From contig CAVPHD010000009.1 of assembly GCA_963704165.1 (NCBI GenBank), positions 32,001 through 96,000 of the forward strand: a stretch of DNA of 64,000 nt. Reading direction: 5' to 3'. Numbering within the stretch: the first letter of the stretch is position 1; every line of letters starts with the position of its first letter. A program made the position numbers and the translations under genes. This DNA is from an uncultured delta proteobacterium. GTDB lineage: Bacteria > Myxococcota_A > UBA9160 > SZUA-336. A model generated the notes under the pieces. It had not been told where the DNA came from. It saw nothing but the letters and a program-made list of their open reading frames with translations, and did no database searches. This document shows, one piece after another, positions 10,423-22,901 of the stretch.

Positions 10423-11799
10423 CTAGTTCTTCTCCCCGATCGCGCGCTCGATCAGCGCACAGATCTCCGCCGCGAGCCTCTCGATCTCTCCGCGATCATC
10501 GCCTTCGAGCATCACGCGCGCGACCGGCTCCGTGCCGGAGTAGCGCACCAGGATCCGGCCGCGGCCCGCGAGATCGCTCTCGACGCGCGCGAGCGCGCGC
10601 GACACCTCGGGCAGCGTCTCGAAGCTCGGCTTGCTTCGCACGCGCACGCCGCGGAGCACTTGGGGCGTGCGCTCCATGACGCGCGCCAGCTCGGAGAGCG
10701 GCCGTTCCTCGCGCCGCATCAGCGCCAATACCTGAAGCGCCGTCAGCATTCCGTCTCCGGTCGTGTTCTCGTCGAGGAACACGACGTGGCCGGACTGCTC
10801 ACCCCCCAGGTTGATCTTCTCGCGCAGCATCGCCTCGACGACGTAGCGATCGCCGACGTCTGCCCGCACGAGATCGAGGCCCATTCCCGAGAGCGCGCGC
10901 TCGAGCCCGAGATTGCTCATCACCGTGCCGACGACGGCGTCCCGCGAGAGCGCCTGGCGGCGCTTCATGTCGAGCGCGCACATGGCCACGACCTGCTCGC
11001 CATCGACGATCTCGCCGCGCTCGTCGACGAGGACCACGCGGTCCGCATCTCCGTCCACGGCGATGCCGACGTCTGCGCGGCACTCGCGTGCGATCGCGGC
11101 CACGTGCTCGGGGTGCATCGCTCCGCACCCGTCGTTGATGTTGATGCCGTCGGGCTGCCGGCCGACGGCGACGACCTCGGCTCCGAGCTCCTCGAGCACG
11201 GTGGGTGCGACCTTGTAGGCGGCGCCGTTCGCGCAGTCGATCGCGATCCGCAGCCCTTCGAGCGTGTGCTGGCGCGGAAACGTCTTCTTCAGGAACACGA
11301 TGTACCGGCCCGAGGCGTCGTCGATCCGCCGCGCGCTGCCGATGTCCGCGCCGAGCGCGCGCCGCGATTCGAGCTCGGGCGAGCTCATCAGCTCCTCGAT
11401 CCGAACCTCGGCGTCGTCGGGAAGCTTGAAGCCATCGCGCGAGAAGAACTTGACGCCGTTGTCCTCGAACGGGTTGTGCGAGGCCGTGATCATCGCGCCC
11501 GCATCGCAGCGCATGTCGACGGTCAGGAACGCGAGTCCCGGGGTCGGAATCGGCCCTACCTGGAGCACGTTCACGCCCATCGAGCACAGGCCCGCCGCGA
11601 GCGCGTCCTCGAGCATGTAGCCGGAGCGACGCGTGTCCTTGCCGATCAGCACGCGCGGCGTGCGGCCGCCGTTCGGTCCGAGACGGAACACGAGCGCCAG
11701 TGCGCGCCCGAGCTGCAGCATGACGTCGCCGGTCATCGGATGGACGTTCGCGCGCCCGCGAATTCCGTCCGTGCCGAAGAGCTTTCGCGATACCGCCAT
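10423..11799 (-). CDS. glmM: Phosphoglucosamine mutase
   Basis: FGTDGIRG, ITASHNP, DGDADR, GGEQSGH, RYSGTEP. Confidence 0.97.
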   Translation of the reverse strand: MAVSRKLFGTDGIRGRANVHPMTGDVMLQLGRALALVFRLGPNGGRTPRVLIGKDTRRSGYMLEDALAAGLCSMGVNVLQVGPIPTPGLAFLTVDMRCDAGAMITASHNPFEDNGVKFFSRDGFKLPDDAEVRIEELMSSPELESRRALGADIGSARRIDDASGRYIVFLKKTFPRQHTLEGLRIAIDCANGAAYKVAPTVLEELGAEVVAVGRQPDGININDGCGAMHPEHVAAIARECRADVGIAVDGDADRVVLVDERGEIVDGEQVVAMCALDMKRRQALSRDAVVGTVMSNLGLERALSGMGLDLVRADVGDRYVVEAMLREKINLGGEQSGHVVFLDENTTGDGMLTALQVLALMRREERPLSELARVMERTPQVLRGVRVRSKPSFETLPEVSRALARVESDLAGRGRILVRYSGTEPVARVMLEGDDRGEIERLAAEICALIERAIGEKN

Positions 11800-11814
11800 T
11801 CGAGTCCTCCCGCC

Positions 11815-12483
11815 TCAGCCGCCCGCGACCGGGTCGGCCACCGGCTCGATCTCGAGCTTGATACGGATCGGCGCTGCACTCTTATCCTTGCGCCAGACGT
11901 GCGGATAGCCGAGCACGACCGGGCTTTCCAGCGTCGCGGACTCACGCAGGGTCGAGAGGTCGATGCGATCGGTGACGACCTCGCGAACGTTGCGGACGGC
12001 GCGCTTGGCGCCGGTGATCGCGAGCTCCTTCGGCTCGAGGGTCATGCGCTTGAGTTTGAAGCCCTCCGGGAGCTCGCCTGCGAGATCGGCACGGACCGGT
12101 ACCACCTTCGAGCTCACGGCTTCGAGTGCGTAGACGAGCGTCGATGGAGAACTCGCGACGATGCGCGCGCCTCGAGGCAGCGCGATCTGCTCCTTGTTGA
12201 CGGCCAGGCGCGCCTCGCCCGCCTCGGCTCCCTCGAACGACACCGAATAGTGCTGCAGGTTCTTGCTCACCTGGCGCAGCGCCGCGCGACTTCCCATCAC
12301 GCGCAAGTTGATCTCGTGCGCGGACTCCTCGATCACCACGAGGCTCTCCGGAACGTTCTCGACCTGGACCGGGATGTCGAAGCTCTGCTCCGCATCGGTG
12401 ACGCCCTGCGCGGAGGCCCAGAGCACGCAAGCGATCAGGAGCGCCACGATCTTGTAGAGCAGATTGTCGAAGACCCACATCAC
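11815..12483 (-). CDS. cdaR: CdaR/YbbR-domain protein
   Basis: N-terminal TM (KIVALLIACVLW) and YbbR-like beta repeats; lies between cdaA and glmM. Confidence 0.85.
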   Translation of the reverse strand: MMWVFDNLLYKIVALLIACVLWASAQGVTDAEQSFDIPVQVENVPESLVVIEESAHEINLRVMGSRAALRQVSKNLQHYSVSFEGAEAGEARLAVNKEQIALPRGARIVASSPSTLVYALEAVSSKVVPVRADLAGELPEGFKLKRMTLEPKELAITGAKRAVRNVREVVTDRIDLSTLRESATLESPVVLGYPHVWRKDKSAAPIRIKLEIEPVADPVAGG

Positions 12484-12488
12484 CCGAC

Positions 12489-13340
12489 TCAGGTTTCCGC
12501 GGCCCGCGCGGGATCGGCGAGCACGTCTTTGTCGGGAGGCGGATCGACGCTCGGAGCGCCTCCCGTCAGCTCGAGCAAGGTCGCGCGCAGGCGCGGACCG
12601 TCGAGGTCCTCACGCATCTCCCCGTTTGCGACGAGCGAGATCCGGCCGGTTTCCTCGGACACGACGACGACGAGCGAGTCGGTCTCCTCGGTGAGCCCGA
12701 TCGCCGCGCGGTGACGCGTGCCGAACGCACTCGAGATGTCGCTGCGCGTCGCCAGCGGAAGGATGCAACCAGCCCAGGCAATTCGGCCCCGGCGCACCAC
12801 GACGGCACCGTCGTGGAGCGGGGAGTACGGCAGGAACAAAGAGATCAGGAGATCTCGCGAGAGATCCGCGTCGATTGGCGTGCCCTGCTCGACGAACTCG
12901 TCGATCTGAAGCTCGCGCTCGATCGCAATCAGTGCACCGACCCGGCGCTGCGCCAAGGCCTGACACGCGCGGACGATCTCCTCGATCGCGTGCGCCTGGT
13001 GCATCCGCGCCGGGGCGAACAGCCCGCGGCCGACGCGCGTCAGCGCACGGCGGACGTCGGCCTGGAAGATCACGATCAGGATGAGCAAGCCGGACGAGAG
13101 GAAGTTGTCGAGCAGGAACGAGACGGTGGCCAGCTCGAGCAGGTCCGAGAGCCGCCACGCCAGAACGAGCACCAGAAGTCCGAGCGCCATCTGCGCCGCG
13201 CGCGTGCCCTTGATGCGCATCAGCAGCCAGTACACGCACCAGGCGACGACGAGGATGTCGAGGGAGTCGCGAAGCGGCTGGAAGTTCTCGGCGAAGCTCT
13301 CCCAGCGTTCGAGCAGCCACGTGTAGACGAGCCAGGTCAC
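12489..13340 (-). CDS. cdaA: Diadenylate cyclase CdaA (DisA_N domain)
   Basis: Three TM helices, IVIFQADVRRAL, SPLHDGAV, GTRHRAA, VVSEETG. Confidence 0.94.
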   Translation of the reverse strand: MTWLVYTWLLERWESFAENFQPLRDSLDILVVAWCVYWLLMRIKGTRAAQMALGLLVLVLAWRLSDLLELATVSFLLDNFLSSGLLILIVIFQADVRRALTRVGRGLFAPARMHQAHAIEEIVRACQALAQRRVGALIAIERELQIDEFVEQGTPIDADLSRDLLISLFLPYSPLHDGAVVVRRGRIAWAGCILPLATRSDISSAFGTRHRAAIGLTEETDSLVVVVSEETGRISLVANGEMREDLDGPRLRATLLELTGGAPSVDPPPDKDVLADPARAAET

Positions 13341-14197
13341 GCGACCCCCGCCGCGCGTGCGGCGCGGATCGCGCTCGCGACGTCCACGGCCTGCCGGGTT
13401 TCTGCAACGTCGTGCACGCGCACCGCGCGGGCGCCCGCGAGCACGGCGGCCGTCGCGGCCGCAAGCGAGCCCGGTAGCCGGTCGGCCATCGCGGCGCCGG
13501 TGAGCACCGCGACAAACTGCTTTCGCGAGGCGCCGACGAGCAGCGGGTAGCCGGTAGCGACGAGCTCGTCGAGGCGGGCGAGCAACGGCAGGTTGTGACG
13601 GAGTGGGTGCTTCCCGAAGCCGATCCCCGGATCGAGCCAGATGCGCTCGCGCGCCACCCCGGCGCGTTCAGCGTCCGAGGCCTCGGCGAGCAGGTCGTCG
13701 CGAACTTCGAGGACCACGTCGGTGTACACCGGATCGCGTTGCATGCTCGCGGGCTCGCCGCGCATGTGGTTCAAGACCAGCGTGGCGTCGTACACCGCAC
13801 AGACGGCCGCGAGGCCGCGATCGCGAAGTCCGGCCACCGCGTTCACGATCCGCGCACCCGCCGCGAGCGCTGCGGCCGCGACACTTGCGCGGCGCGTGTC
13901 GATCGAGATGGGGGTCTCCGTGCGCTTGGCGAGCCCTTCGATCACGGGCAGCACGCGCGCGCACTCCTCGGCCTCGGAAACCGGCATCGACCCGGGGCGC
14001 GTCGATTCACCACCGACGTCGAGCCAGTCCGCACCTTCGACAGCGAGCGTGAGCCCGTACTCGATCGCGGCTTCCGCGCTCGCGAGTCTCCCGCCGTCGG
14101 AGAACGAGTCGGGCGTGACGTTCACGATCCCCATCACGATCACTCGCGGGGCAGCGCTCGGCGCGCCGGAGGGCGTGTCCGGCCGCGGTTCGGGCAT
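13337..14197 (-). CDS. folP: Dihydropteroate synthase
   Basis: [40 protein letters not shown]. Confidence 0.96.
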   Translation of the reverse strand: MPEPRPDTPSGAPSAAPRVIVMGIVNVTPDSFSDGGRLASAEAAIEYGLTLAVEGADWLDVGGESTRPGSMPVSEAEECARVLPVIEGLAKRTETPISIDTRRASVAAAALAAGARIVNAVAGLRDRGLAAVCAVYDATLVLNHMRGEPASMQRDPVYTDVVLEVRDDLLAEASDAERAGVARERIWLDPGIGFGKHPLRHNLPLLARLDELVATGYPLLVGASRKQFVAVLTGAAMADRLPGSLAAATAAVLAGARAVRVHDVAETRQAVDVASAIRAARAAGVA

Positions 14198-14201
14198 GCG
14201 T

Positions 14202-16128
<1,927 letters not shown>

Positions 16129-16191
16129 CTCACCTCCGGGCGAGTGCGTGGCATCAACCTCTTCCGCCAAGCGCTCGAATTCTTTGTCAAT

Positions 16192-17553
16192 CTAACAACT
16201 TCGCCGCGGGCTTGGAAGCCGTAAGGCACGGAGTTCGAGCGGACCTTCACCGCCCTCCACCGCCTCGCTTCGCACCAGACCCGGAACCCAGATGACTTCC
16301 CCGCCTCGCTCGACGACCACCGCGCGCGCCCGAGCCTGTCTGGACCATCGGGCGCTTGCGAACAGCTCCTTGAGCGGACGTGGCCGTCCGCGCACGAAAA
16401 CCCGGTCGCTCTCGATCGGACTCCGCACGATCAGCGCCGAGTGCGGGAACGCGGGAAGACGCAGCAGGCGATCGGGCGGGTCCGGTGCAACACACGCGTG
16501 CCAGCTGAGACGCAGGCCCTGATCGGGCAATTCGAGCGCGCCTTCGCGCGGCAGTGCCTGGCGGAGCAGCGGCTCCGGAAACCGCGGACCGGTGGCGGGA
16601 CCCAGCCAGAGTCTCCCGCGATCTCGCAGCAGCCGGAAGCCTCCGGGGAGCGAGAGAACCCGCCCGGGCGCGGCCTGCTCGAGGAATGCGTCGATCCGCT
16701 CGACGTGGTTTCGCGAGAGCGACGATTCGAGTCCGGCGCGCGCGGCCAGCGCGAGCAGTGCGCGACGTCGCCGCCCCACATCGAACTCGGAGAGCTTCGC
16801 AGCGTCGAGCCATAGACCACCGTCACCCGGCTCCGAGAGCTGCTCGAGCCACGGCTCGAGCGTCGCGATCAATGCCGCGTCGTGTTCAGCGGCGAGATCG
16901 GCGAGCGACGCCAGCCGCTCGCTCGCGCCCGGGTGCAGGGCTTCGAGGGCGGGCAGGATCTCCGCACGCAGCCGATTTCGCGGTGTACGCAGGTCCGCGT
17001 TCGTCGCGTCCTCGCGAAATCCGAGCGCCCGCGCGGCGAGGTAACGACGCAGGCTCGAGCGGCGAACCCGGAGCAACGGACGCAGAACGCGTCCGCGATC
17101 GAGACTCGGCCGGATTGCCGCGAGTCCGCCGATCCCGGTTCCCCGCAAGGCCCGGAGCAGGACGGTCTCGGCCTGGTCGTCGAGGTGGTGCGCGGTCGCG
17201 AGGTGCCGGTAGTTTCCGGCGCGGCGCATTCGCTCGAGCTCCCGATAACGGAGCGCGCGTGCGCGCGCCTCGGGTGAGCGACCGTCGCGCGAAGCCGCAT
17301 CGACGTGCGCGACGGCGAGCGTGACGCCGAGCGTTCGCGCCAGATCCGCCACGAACGCCAGATCGGCATCCGCTTCGGGACCCCGCAATCCGTGATGCAC
17401 GTGCGCGGCGGCCACCCGCTGTCCCACACCGAGCAGAATCCGAAGAAGCGCGACGGAATCGCCCCCGCCCGAGACGGCAACGAGCACGGGTGAACCGCGA
17501 CTCACGCCATGCTCGCCCAGAAAACGAGCGACCTCGCGATGCACCGGGTCCAT
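16192..17553 (-). CDS. tilS: tRNA(Ile)-lysidine synthase
   Basis: [31 protein letters not shown]; upstream of ftsH. Confidence 0.93.
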   Translation of the reverse strand: MDPVHREVARFLGEHGVSRGSPVLVAVSGGGDSVALLRILLGVGQRVAAAHVHHGLRGPEADADLAFVADLARTLGVTLAVAHVDAASRDGRSPEARARALRYRELERMRRAGNYRHLATAHHLDDQAETVLLRALRGTGIGGLAAIRPSLDRGRVLRPLLRVRRSSLRRYLAARALGFREDATNADLRTPRNRLRAEILPALEALHPGASERLASLADLAAEHDAALIATLEPWLEQLSEPGDGGLWLDAAKLSEFDVGRRRRALLALAARAGLESSLSRNHVERIDAFLEQAAPGRVLSLPGGFRLLRDRGRLWLGPATGPRFPEPLLRQALPREGALELPDQGLRLSWHACVAPDPPDRLLRLPAFPHSALIVRSPIESDRVFVRGRPRPLKELFASARWSRQARARAVVVERGGEVIWVPGLVRSEAVEGGEGPLELRALRLPSPRRSC

Positions 17554-17675
17554 GGCCACAGAGTACGGATCCAGCGAGCATCGCCAAGCACTCGAAGCCC
17601 TCAACACCGCGGCCATGCGGACCGAAAACACATCTGACGCGCCGTGCCGCGCGAGACGGGGGGGAGAGGCTTCTC

Positions 17676-19769
17676 TTGGAGGGGATCGCCTGGATCGAGC
17701 GCGCGTCGGAGTCGCTGACCCGATTTTCGGGCGGCTTCGACGTCACCGTCAGCGCCGCGCTCGCCGCGGCGGCCGGCGGGTTGCTTCTCGGCTGGATCTG
17801 GCTGCGGCGCCGAGGCGCGTCGCGCCCGTCGCGGAAGCCGAGCGACCACGAGGCCGAGTACCGAAAGCTCGTCGAGCGCGGTGAGTTCGAGCACGCCGCC
17901 GACCTTCTCGTCGAGCGGCAGATGGTCGCGCGCGCGTTGCCGCTCTACGAACGTGCCGGGGCGAAACCCAAGCTCGCCCGCGCGCTTCTGCTGGCCAAGC
18001 AGCCCGCACGCGCGGCGCGCGTCTACGCCGAGCTCGGCCGACACGCCGAGGCCGCACACCACTTCCAGAGCGCCGGCATGTGGAGAGAAGCGGGCGAAGC
18101 GTTGCTGCTCACGGGCGAGGAGCGCGAGGCCGCGGAGCTCTTCGAGCGCGCAGGCGATCTCGAACGCGCCGCGGAGCTGCACCGGCAGCTCGGCGACGCC
18201 GACAACGCCTCGCGCCTGTTCGCTCGCGCAGGGCTCGGCGCCGCTGCGGCCGAATCGCTGCTCGAATCGCGCGGCCGCAAACCCCGCTCGCTCCGACGCG
18301 CGGCCGAGCTCTACGAGTCCGCGTCCGAGTGGGACAAGGCCGCGGCCTGTCACGCCGAGGCCGGAGATCCGCGCCAGGCCGCGGAGCTCTACGAGAAGGT
18401 CGGGCGACACGAACCGGCCGCCGCGGCCTACGAACGCTCCGGCGTCTACGATCGTGCCGCAGGCTGCTACGAGCGAGCGGGCAAGCGCGCAGAGGCGCGC
18501 GCGTGCTGGGAGCGGGCGGGCGATCGGCTGCGCGCCGCGGAGATGGCGCTCGAGGACGGCGATCACCTCGCCGCCGCCGGAGCCTTCTACGAGGTCGGCT
18601 CCTACGAGCGCGCCGTAGACACGCTTCAGCGCGTCCCGACCGACGCCGCGGGAGCGCACGCGGCCTCGAGACTTCTCGCCCGGATCTTCCTCGAGAAGGG
18701 CTTGATCGATCGCGCGCGGGAGAAGGTCGACGCGCTGGCTGCCGGCACGGGCTACGTCAAGGACGACCTCGAGCTCTTGCTGATGTTCGCAACGGCACTC
18801 GAGCGGAGCGGCGATACGGCCGGCGCTTTGGAAACCCTGGAACGCATCTCGCAGCTCGATTCGCAGTACGCCGACGTCGAAGCACGGATCGACCGCCTGA
18901 GAGACCGCTCGCCCGGAATCACCACCGCTCCGTCGCTCACGACGTCGGCGAGCGATCGCTACGAGCTACGCGATGAGATCGGACGCGGCGGAATGGGCAT
19001 CGTCTACCTCGCCAGCGACCGCGAGCTCGAGCGAGCCGTCGCGATCAAGTTCCTGCCGAGCGAGCTCGCGGCGAATCCGCAGGCCGTCCAGATGTTCCGC
19101 GCCGAGGCCCGCGCCGCCGCGGCGATGAATCACCCCAACATCGTGCACATCTACGACGTCGCGGTCGTGAACGGGCAACCCTGCATCGTGATGGAGTACG
19201 TGCAGGGGCGCACGGTCCGAGAGGTGATGCGGATCCGCGGCTCGAGCGAGCGGCAGCCGCTGCCGCCGCACCGCGTCGCGGAGATCGGGCGCGAGATGTG
19301 TGGAGCGCTGGCGTACGCGCACCGCTCGAACGTGATTCACCGCGACGTGAAGCCCTCGAACATCCTGCTCACCGCCGACGGCAGCGCGAAGCTGATGGAT
19401 TTCGGCATCAGCAAGGCGCTCGAGACCGGCAGCGACGCGCTCACCGAGGCGCGAGGCACGCCGCAGTACATGCCGCCGGAGCAGATCCTCGGCCACGAGA
19501 TCGACGGGCGCGCCGACCTGTATGCGCTCGGCATCTCGATGTTCGAGATGGCGACGGCCGAGCGTCCGTTCAGCGGCGACGGGGTGGTCGATCAACAGCT
19601 TCACGCGCCCCTTCCGGATCCGCGTCACCTGCGTCCCGAGATCCCGGAGGGGCTCGTCCGGATCCTCATGCGGGCGTGCGAGAAGGATGCCAACGACCGC
19701 TTCGCCTCGGCCCGCGAAATGGCGCAGGCGCTCGAAGCGCTGATCGGCGATTCAGCCAAGAAGCGCTGA
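17676..19769 (+). CDS. Membrane-anchored Ser/Thr protein kinase with long AAELY/FER helical-repeat region
   Basis: N-terminal TM, about 10 helical repeats, C-terminal Hanks kinase (IGRGGMG, AIK, HRDVKPSN, DFG, GTPQYMPPE); TTG start after GGGGAGAGG is tentative. Confidence 0.9.
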   Translation: MEGIAWIERASESLTRFSGGFDVTVSAALAAAAGGLLLGWIWLRRRGASRPSRKPSDHEAEYRKLVERGEFEHAADLLVERQMVARALPLYERAGAKPKLARALLLAKQPARAARVYAELGRHAEAAHHFQSAGMWREAGEALLLTGEEREAAELFERAGDLERAAELHRQLGDADNASRLFARAGLGAAAAESLLESRGRKPRSLRRAAELYESASEWDKAAACHAEAGDPRQAAELYEKVGRHEPAAAAYERSGVYDRAAGCYERAGKRAEARACWERAGDRLRAAEMALEDGDHLAAAGAFYEVGSYERAVDTLQRVPTDAAGAHAASRLLARIFLEKGLIDRAREKVDALAAGTGYVKDDLELLLMFATALERSGDTAGALETLERISQLDSQYADVEARIDRLRDRSPGITTAPSLTTSASDRYELRDEIGRGGMGIVYLASDRELERAVAIKFLPSELAANPQAVQMFRAEARAAAAMNHPNIVHIYDVAVVNGQPCIVMEYVQGRTVREVMRIRGSSERQPLPPHRVAEIGREMCGALAYAHRSNVIHRDVKPSNILLTADGSAKLMDFGISKALETGSDALTEARGTPQYMPPEQILGHEIDGRADLYALGISMFEMATAERPFSGDGVVDQQLHAPLPDPRHLRPEIPEGLVRILMRACEKDANDRFASAREMAQALEALIGDSAKKR

Positions 19770-20618
19770 AGCGGTACCGACGATGACGACGGTGCGCTTC
19801 GCGTCGTCCTTCTCGACCCAGATCTCGTAATCGCGCCGCGTGAAGGCACCCTCGGCACTCTCGCCGCGGAGCTTCGCCCGCGCGCGAACGCGCTCGCCGC
19901 CCCAGAGCACGTTCACGAGCTTCACGTCCATCCGTCCGCCCGCGAACCAGCCCGCGCCGTGCGCATTGCCCATCACCTGCGACGCGAGACAGGTCGAGAG
20001 CATTCCCTGCACGACGACGTCGGGAAATCCGAACTTCTTCGCCTCGTCCCGGTCGGTGTGGTAGTTCCTGGCCGGCCCCGAGAATCGCCAGCAGGTGGCG
20101 AGATCGACGTGCAGATCGACCGGCTCGAGCTCGGGTCCGTCGCCCTCGCCGACCGCACGGCGTTCCTTCTTCTCCGCGCTTCCACGATCGACGACGAAGG
20201 CGCCTTCGGCCTTCGGCAGGTCCGCGAGAAAGGACTGATGGGTTCGAGATCGCACGAGCAATCGTCCGGCCTCGTCGCAGAAATCGACCTCGTTCACGAT
20301 GAAATCCCGATCGCGCTTCCGGTAGCGGTCGATCACGGTCGAGCGCGTGTGCACGGTCGACCCCGTGCGCAGGGGTGCGAAGAGCTGCCACTCCTGGCGT
20401 GCGTGCAGGTTTCCGACCAGATTCCGTAGATACCAGCGGTCGAGGTGGGCGTAGACCTCGCTGTGGTAGAGCAGCGGCGGTGCGAGCCCATCGTGCGCGT
20501 ACACCGGGTTTCGGTCCGCGAACGTGTCGCAGTAGAAGTCGATCACTTCGGGCGAGATCGGGCGCTCGGCCTGGTGGACGAGATCTCCGACGCGAACGGG
20601 CTGGCCTTTGAGGTTCAC
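19752..20618 (-). CDS. MaoC-like double hot-dog fold dehydratase family protein
   Basis: NLHARQEWQLFAPLRTG (N-terminal hot-dog) and NYHTDRDEAKKFGFPDVVVQGM (MaoC-like). Confidence 0.75.
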   Translation of the reverse strand: MNLKGQPVRVGDLVHQAERPISPEVIDFYCDTFADRNPVYAHDGLAPPLLYHSEVYAHLDRWYLRNLVGNLHARQEWQLFAPLRTGSTVHTRSTVIDRYRKRDRDFIVNEVDFCDEAGRLLVRSRTHQSFLADLPKAEGAFVVDRGSAEKKERRAVGEGDGPELEPVDLHVDLATCWRFSGPARNYHTDRDEAKKFGFPDVVVQGMLSTCLASQVMGNAHGAGWFAGGRMDVKLVNVLWGGERVRARAKLRGESAEGAFTRRDYEIWVEKDDAKRTVVIVGTASALLG

Positions 20619-20649
20619 GCCGCGATTCTGGCACACTCGGACCATCGAC

Positions 20650-22131
20650 ATGCAGCACGATCCCGGTCCAGAAGCGAACGTCGGGACCTGGCTCGTCGCT
20701 CACGCGGAAGCCCGGCCCGATCATCCGGCCCTCGTCGTCGAGGCGAGCGGTGAGCGCATCTCGTACGCGGAGCTGGAGGCTCGCGCGAACCGCGCGGCGG
20801 CGGCGCTCGCACGACTCGGCGTCGCCGCCGGTGACCGGGTCGCGCTCGCGCTCGCGAGTGAGCCGCTCTATCTCGAGCTCTACTTTGGCGCCGCGTTGCT
20901 CGGCGCGATCCTGCTTCCGCTGAACACCCGACTCACCGCCGCCGAGCTCGACTTTCAGATCGAGGACTCCGAGCCGCGCGTCGTCGTGCGCAACGAGAGC
21001 ATCGCGATTCGTCCGCGCGCGGGCGCTCGGCTGCTCGCGCCGGACGAGCTTCGCGCCCTCATGCCCGAACGCGCCGAACGCCCCACTCCGGCGCCGGGCG
21101 GCGAGAGTCCGCAGGTCATTCTCTACACGAGCGGCACGACCGGTCGGCCGAAGGGCGCGGTGCTCCCGCACCGAAAGACCTACTGGAACACGCGCAATGC
21201 GGAGCGGTACTTCGAGCTGGTGAGCGACGACGTCGTCGTCGTACCGGTCCCCCTCTTCCACTCCTTCGGGCTGAAGATCCTGTCCGTGCCGACGCTTTTC
21301 GCGGGCGCGACGGCCGTGCTCGTCGATCGCTTCGACCCGATCGGCCTTCAGGACTGCGTGGCGCGCGAGCGCGCGACCTTGCTCGGCGCCGTGCCCGTCA
21401 TGTACGAGCGCATGCTCGCGTCGGGACTCGCGCCGGAGAAGTTCGCCTCGCTGCGCTTTGCATTCAGCGCCGGCGCCGCGCTCGCGGTCGAGACGATCGA
21501 ACGCTACGCGCGTCTCGGGATCCGGCTCAAACAAGGCTACGGGCAGACAGAGACGTCGATCCTGTGCTGCCTCGACGCGTCGGACGCGGTTCGAAAAGCG
21601 GGCTCGGTCGGGAAGCCCGTCACCTTCGGCGAGGTGCGAATCGCCGACGAGCACGGCCACGACGTCGTGCGCGGCGCGCGAGGAGAGATCGTCGTGCGCG
21701 GACCGATCGTGATGACGGAGTACTGGCGCCGGCCGGAAGAGACGGCGCAGAGCCGGATCGACGGCTGGCACCGAACCGGAGATCTCGGCGTGGTGGACGA
21801 CGAGGGGAACATCTCGCTCGTCGGCCGATTGAAGGAGCTCTACATCAGCGGCGGTGAGAACGTGTACCCGGCCGAGGTCGAGCGCGTGCTCGGTCAACAC
21901 CCGGATGTGTCCGAGGTCGCCGTCGTCGGCGTACCGGACGCGACGTGGGGAGAGGCCGGACGCGCCTACGTCGTTCCCGCCCACGCGGACTTCGAGCCCG
22001 GGGCCCTGCTCGCCTGGGCGAGCGAACGCCTGGCGCGCTACAAGCTCCCGCGAGAGGTGGTGGTGGTCTCGGAGCTGCCGCGCACGGCCTCGGGGAAGGT
22101 GCAGAAGCATGCGCTCGTGGCTGACGCTTAG
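20650..22131 (+). CDS. AMP-forming acyl-CoA synthetase (FadD/MenE-like)
   Basis: YTSGTTGRPKG, GYGQTE, HRTGD, ISGGENVYPAEVE, PRTASGKVQK. Confidence 0.93.
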   Translation: MQHDPGPEANVGTWLVAHAEARPDHPALVVEASGERISYAELEARANRAAAALARLGVAAGDRVALALASEPLYLELYFGAALLGAILLPLNTRLTAAELDFQIEDSEPRVVVRNESIAIRPRAGARLLAPDELRALMPERAERPTPAPGGESPQVILYTSGTTGRPKGAVLPHRKTYWNTRNAERYFELVSDDVVVVPVPLFHSFGLKILSVPTLFAGATAVLVDRFDPIGLQDCVARERATLLGAVPVMYERMLASGLAPEKFASLRFAFSAGAALAVETIERYARLGIRLKQGYGQTETSILCCLDASDAVRKAGSVGKPVTFGEVRIADEHGHDVVRGARGEIVVRGPIVMTEYWRRPEETAQSRIDGWHRTGDLGVVDDEGNISLVGRLKELYISGGENVYPAEVERVLGQHPDVSEVAVVGVPDATWGEAGRAYVVPAHADFEPGALLAWASERLARYKLPREVVVVSELPRTASGKVQKHALVADA

Positions 22132-22858
22132 CGGGGCGATCCTGCTCGTCGCGGGCTGCGCGTGGGTCGAGGGTGGAGGCCCCCCCGCGAAGCCCGTGCT
22201 CGATCCGGATCTCGTGCAGCGGGGCGCGGCGCTCTTCGCCGATCCGCGCCTCTCGGGCGACGGCGCCCGCAGCTGCGCGAGCTGTCATCCGGGCGGCGGC
22301 GAGGATCACGGGGTCTACCGATCGGGCGAGCGCGTCGAGCCCGGCGCCCCCGGGGGGCGGCGGACGAAGAGCCTGCGGGGACTCTGGCAGACCGCGCCCT
22401 ACTACTGGGACGGCTCCGCGCGAACGGTTCAGGACGCGATCGAGCGCATGCTCGAGACCGAGATGCGTCAGGGGAAGATCTCGGGGCGGGACCCGGAGGC
22501 GCTCGAGGCGTACCTGCTCTCGCTCGCGCCCTTCGATCGCGGGCGCATCCAGCCCGACGGATCGCTCGTCGAGCCCGCGAACCTGTCCGCGCGCAAGGGA
22601 TTCGCGGTCTTCGTCGAAGCCGATTGCGCGGACTGCCACCGCGCGCCCGCGTTCACGCGCGAGGGGCTCGTCGACGTCGGCACCGGGGGCCGCTTCGACG
22701 TTCCGACGCTCCGCGGCGTGTCGACGGGCGGCCCGTGGGGGCACGACGGTCGTTGGCCCGATCTCGAGTCCGCGGTGCGTGCGATCGCCGCGGCGCAGCG
22801 GATCGAGCTCACGGGCGACCAGCTGAGCCAGCTGCTCGCCTATCTCGCACTCCTGTAG
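22109..22858 (+). CDS. Di-heme cytochrome c lipoprotein, bCcP/MauG-like
   Basis: Lipobox LLVAGC, LFADPRLSGDG, CASCH and CADCH heme motifs, TAPYYWDGS, FDVPTLRG...PWGHDG. Confidence 0.82.
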   Translation: MRSWLTLSGAILLVAGCAWVEGGGPPAKPVLDPDLVQRGAALFADPRLSGDGARSCASCHPGGGEDHGVYRSGERVEPGAPGGRRTKSLRGLWQTAPYYWDGSARTVQDAIERMLETEMRQGKISGRDPEALEAYLLSLAPFDRGRIQPDGSLVEPANLSARKGFAVFVEADCADCHRAPAFTREGLVDVGTGGRFDVPTLRGVSTGGPWGHDGRWPDLESAVRAIAAAQRIELTGDQLSQLLAYLALL

Positions 22859-22901
22859 CAGCGGCGCGCTCGTCCGGTTAGTGTTCTGCGCCCGCAAGTC
22901 T

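Noticed and set aside
9625..12714. Long opposite-strand ORFs (1029 aa here; also 5228..8062, 32633..34894, 57387..59612)
   Set aside because: Antisense shadows of real genes caused by high GC3; no recognisable motifs
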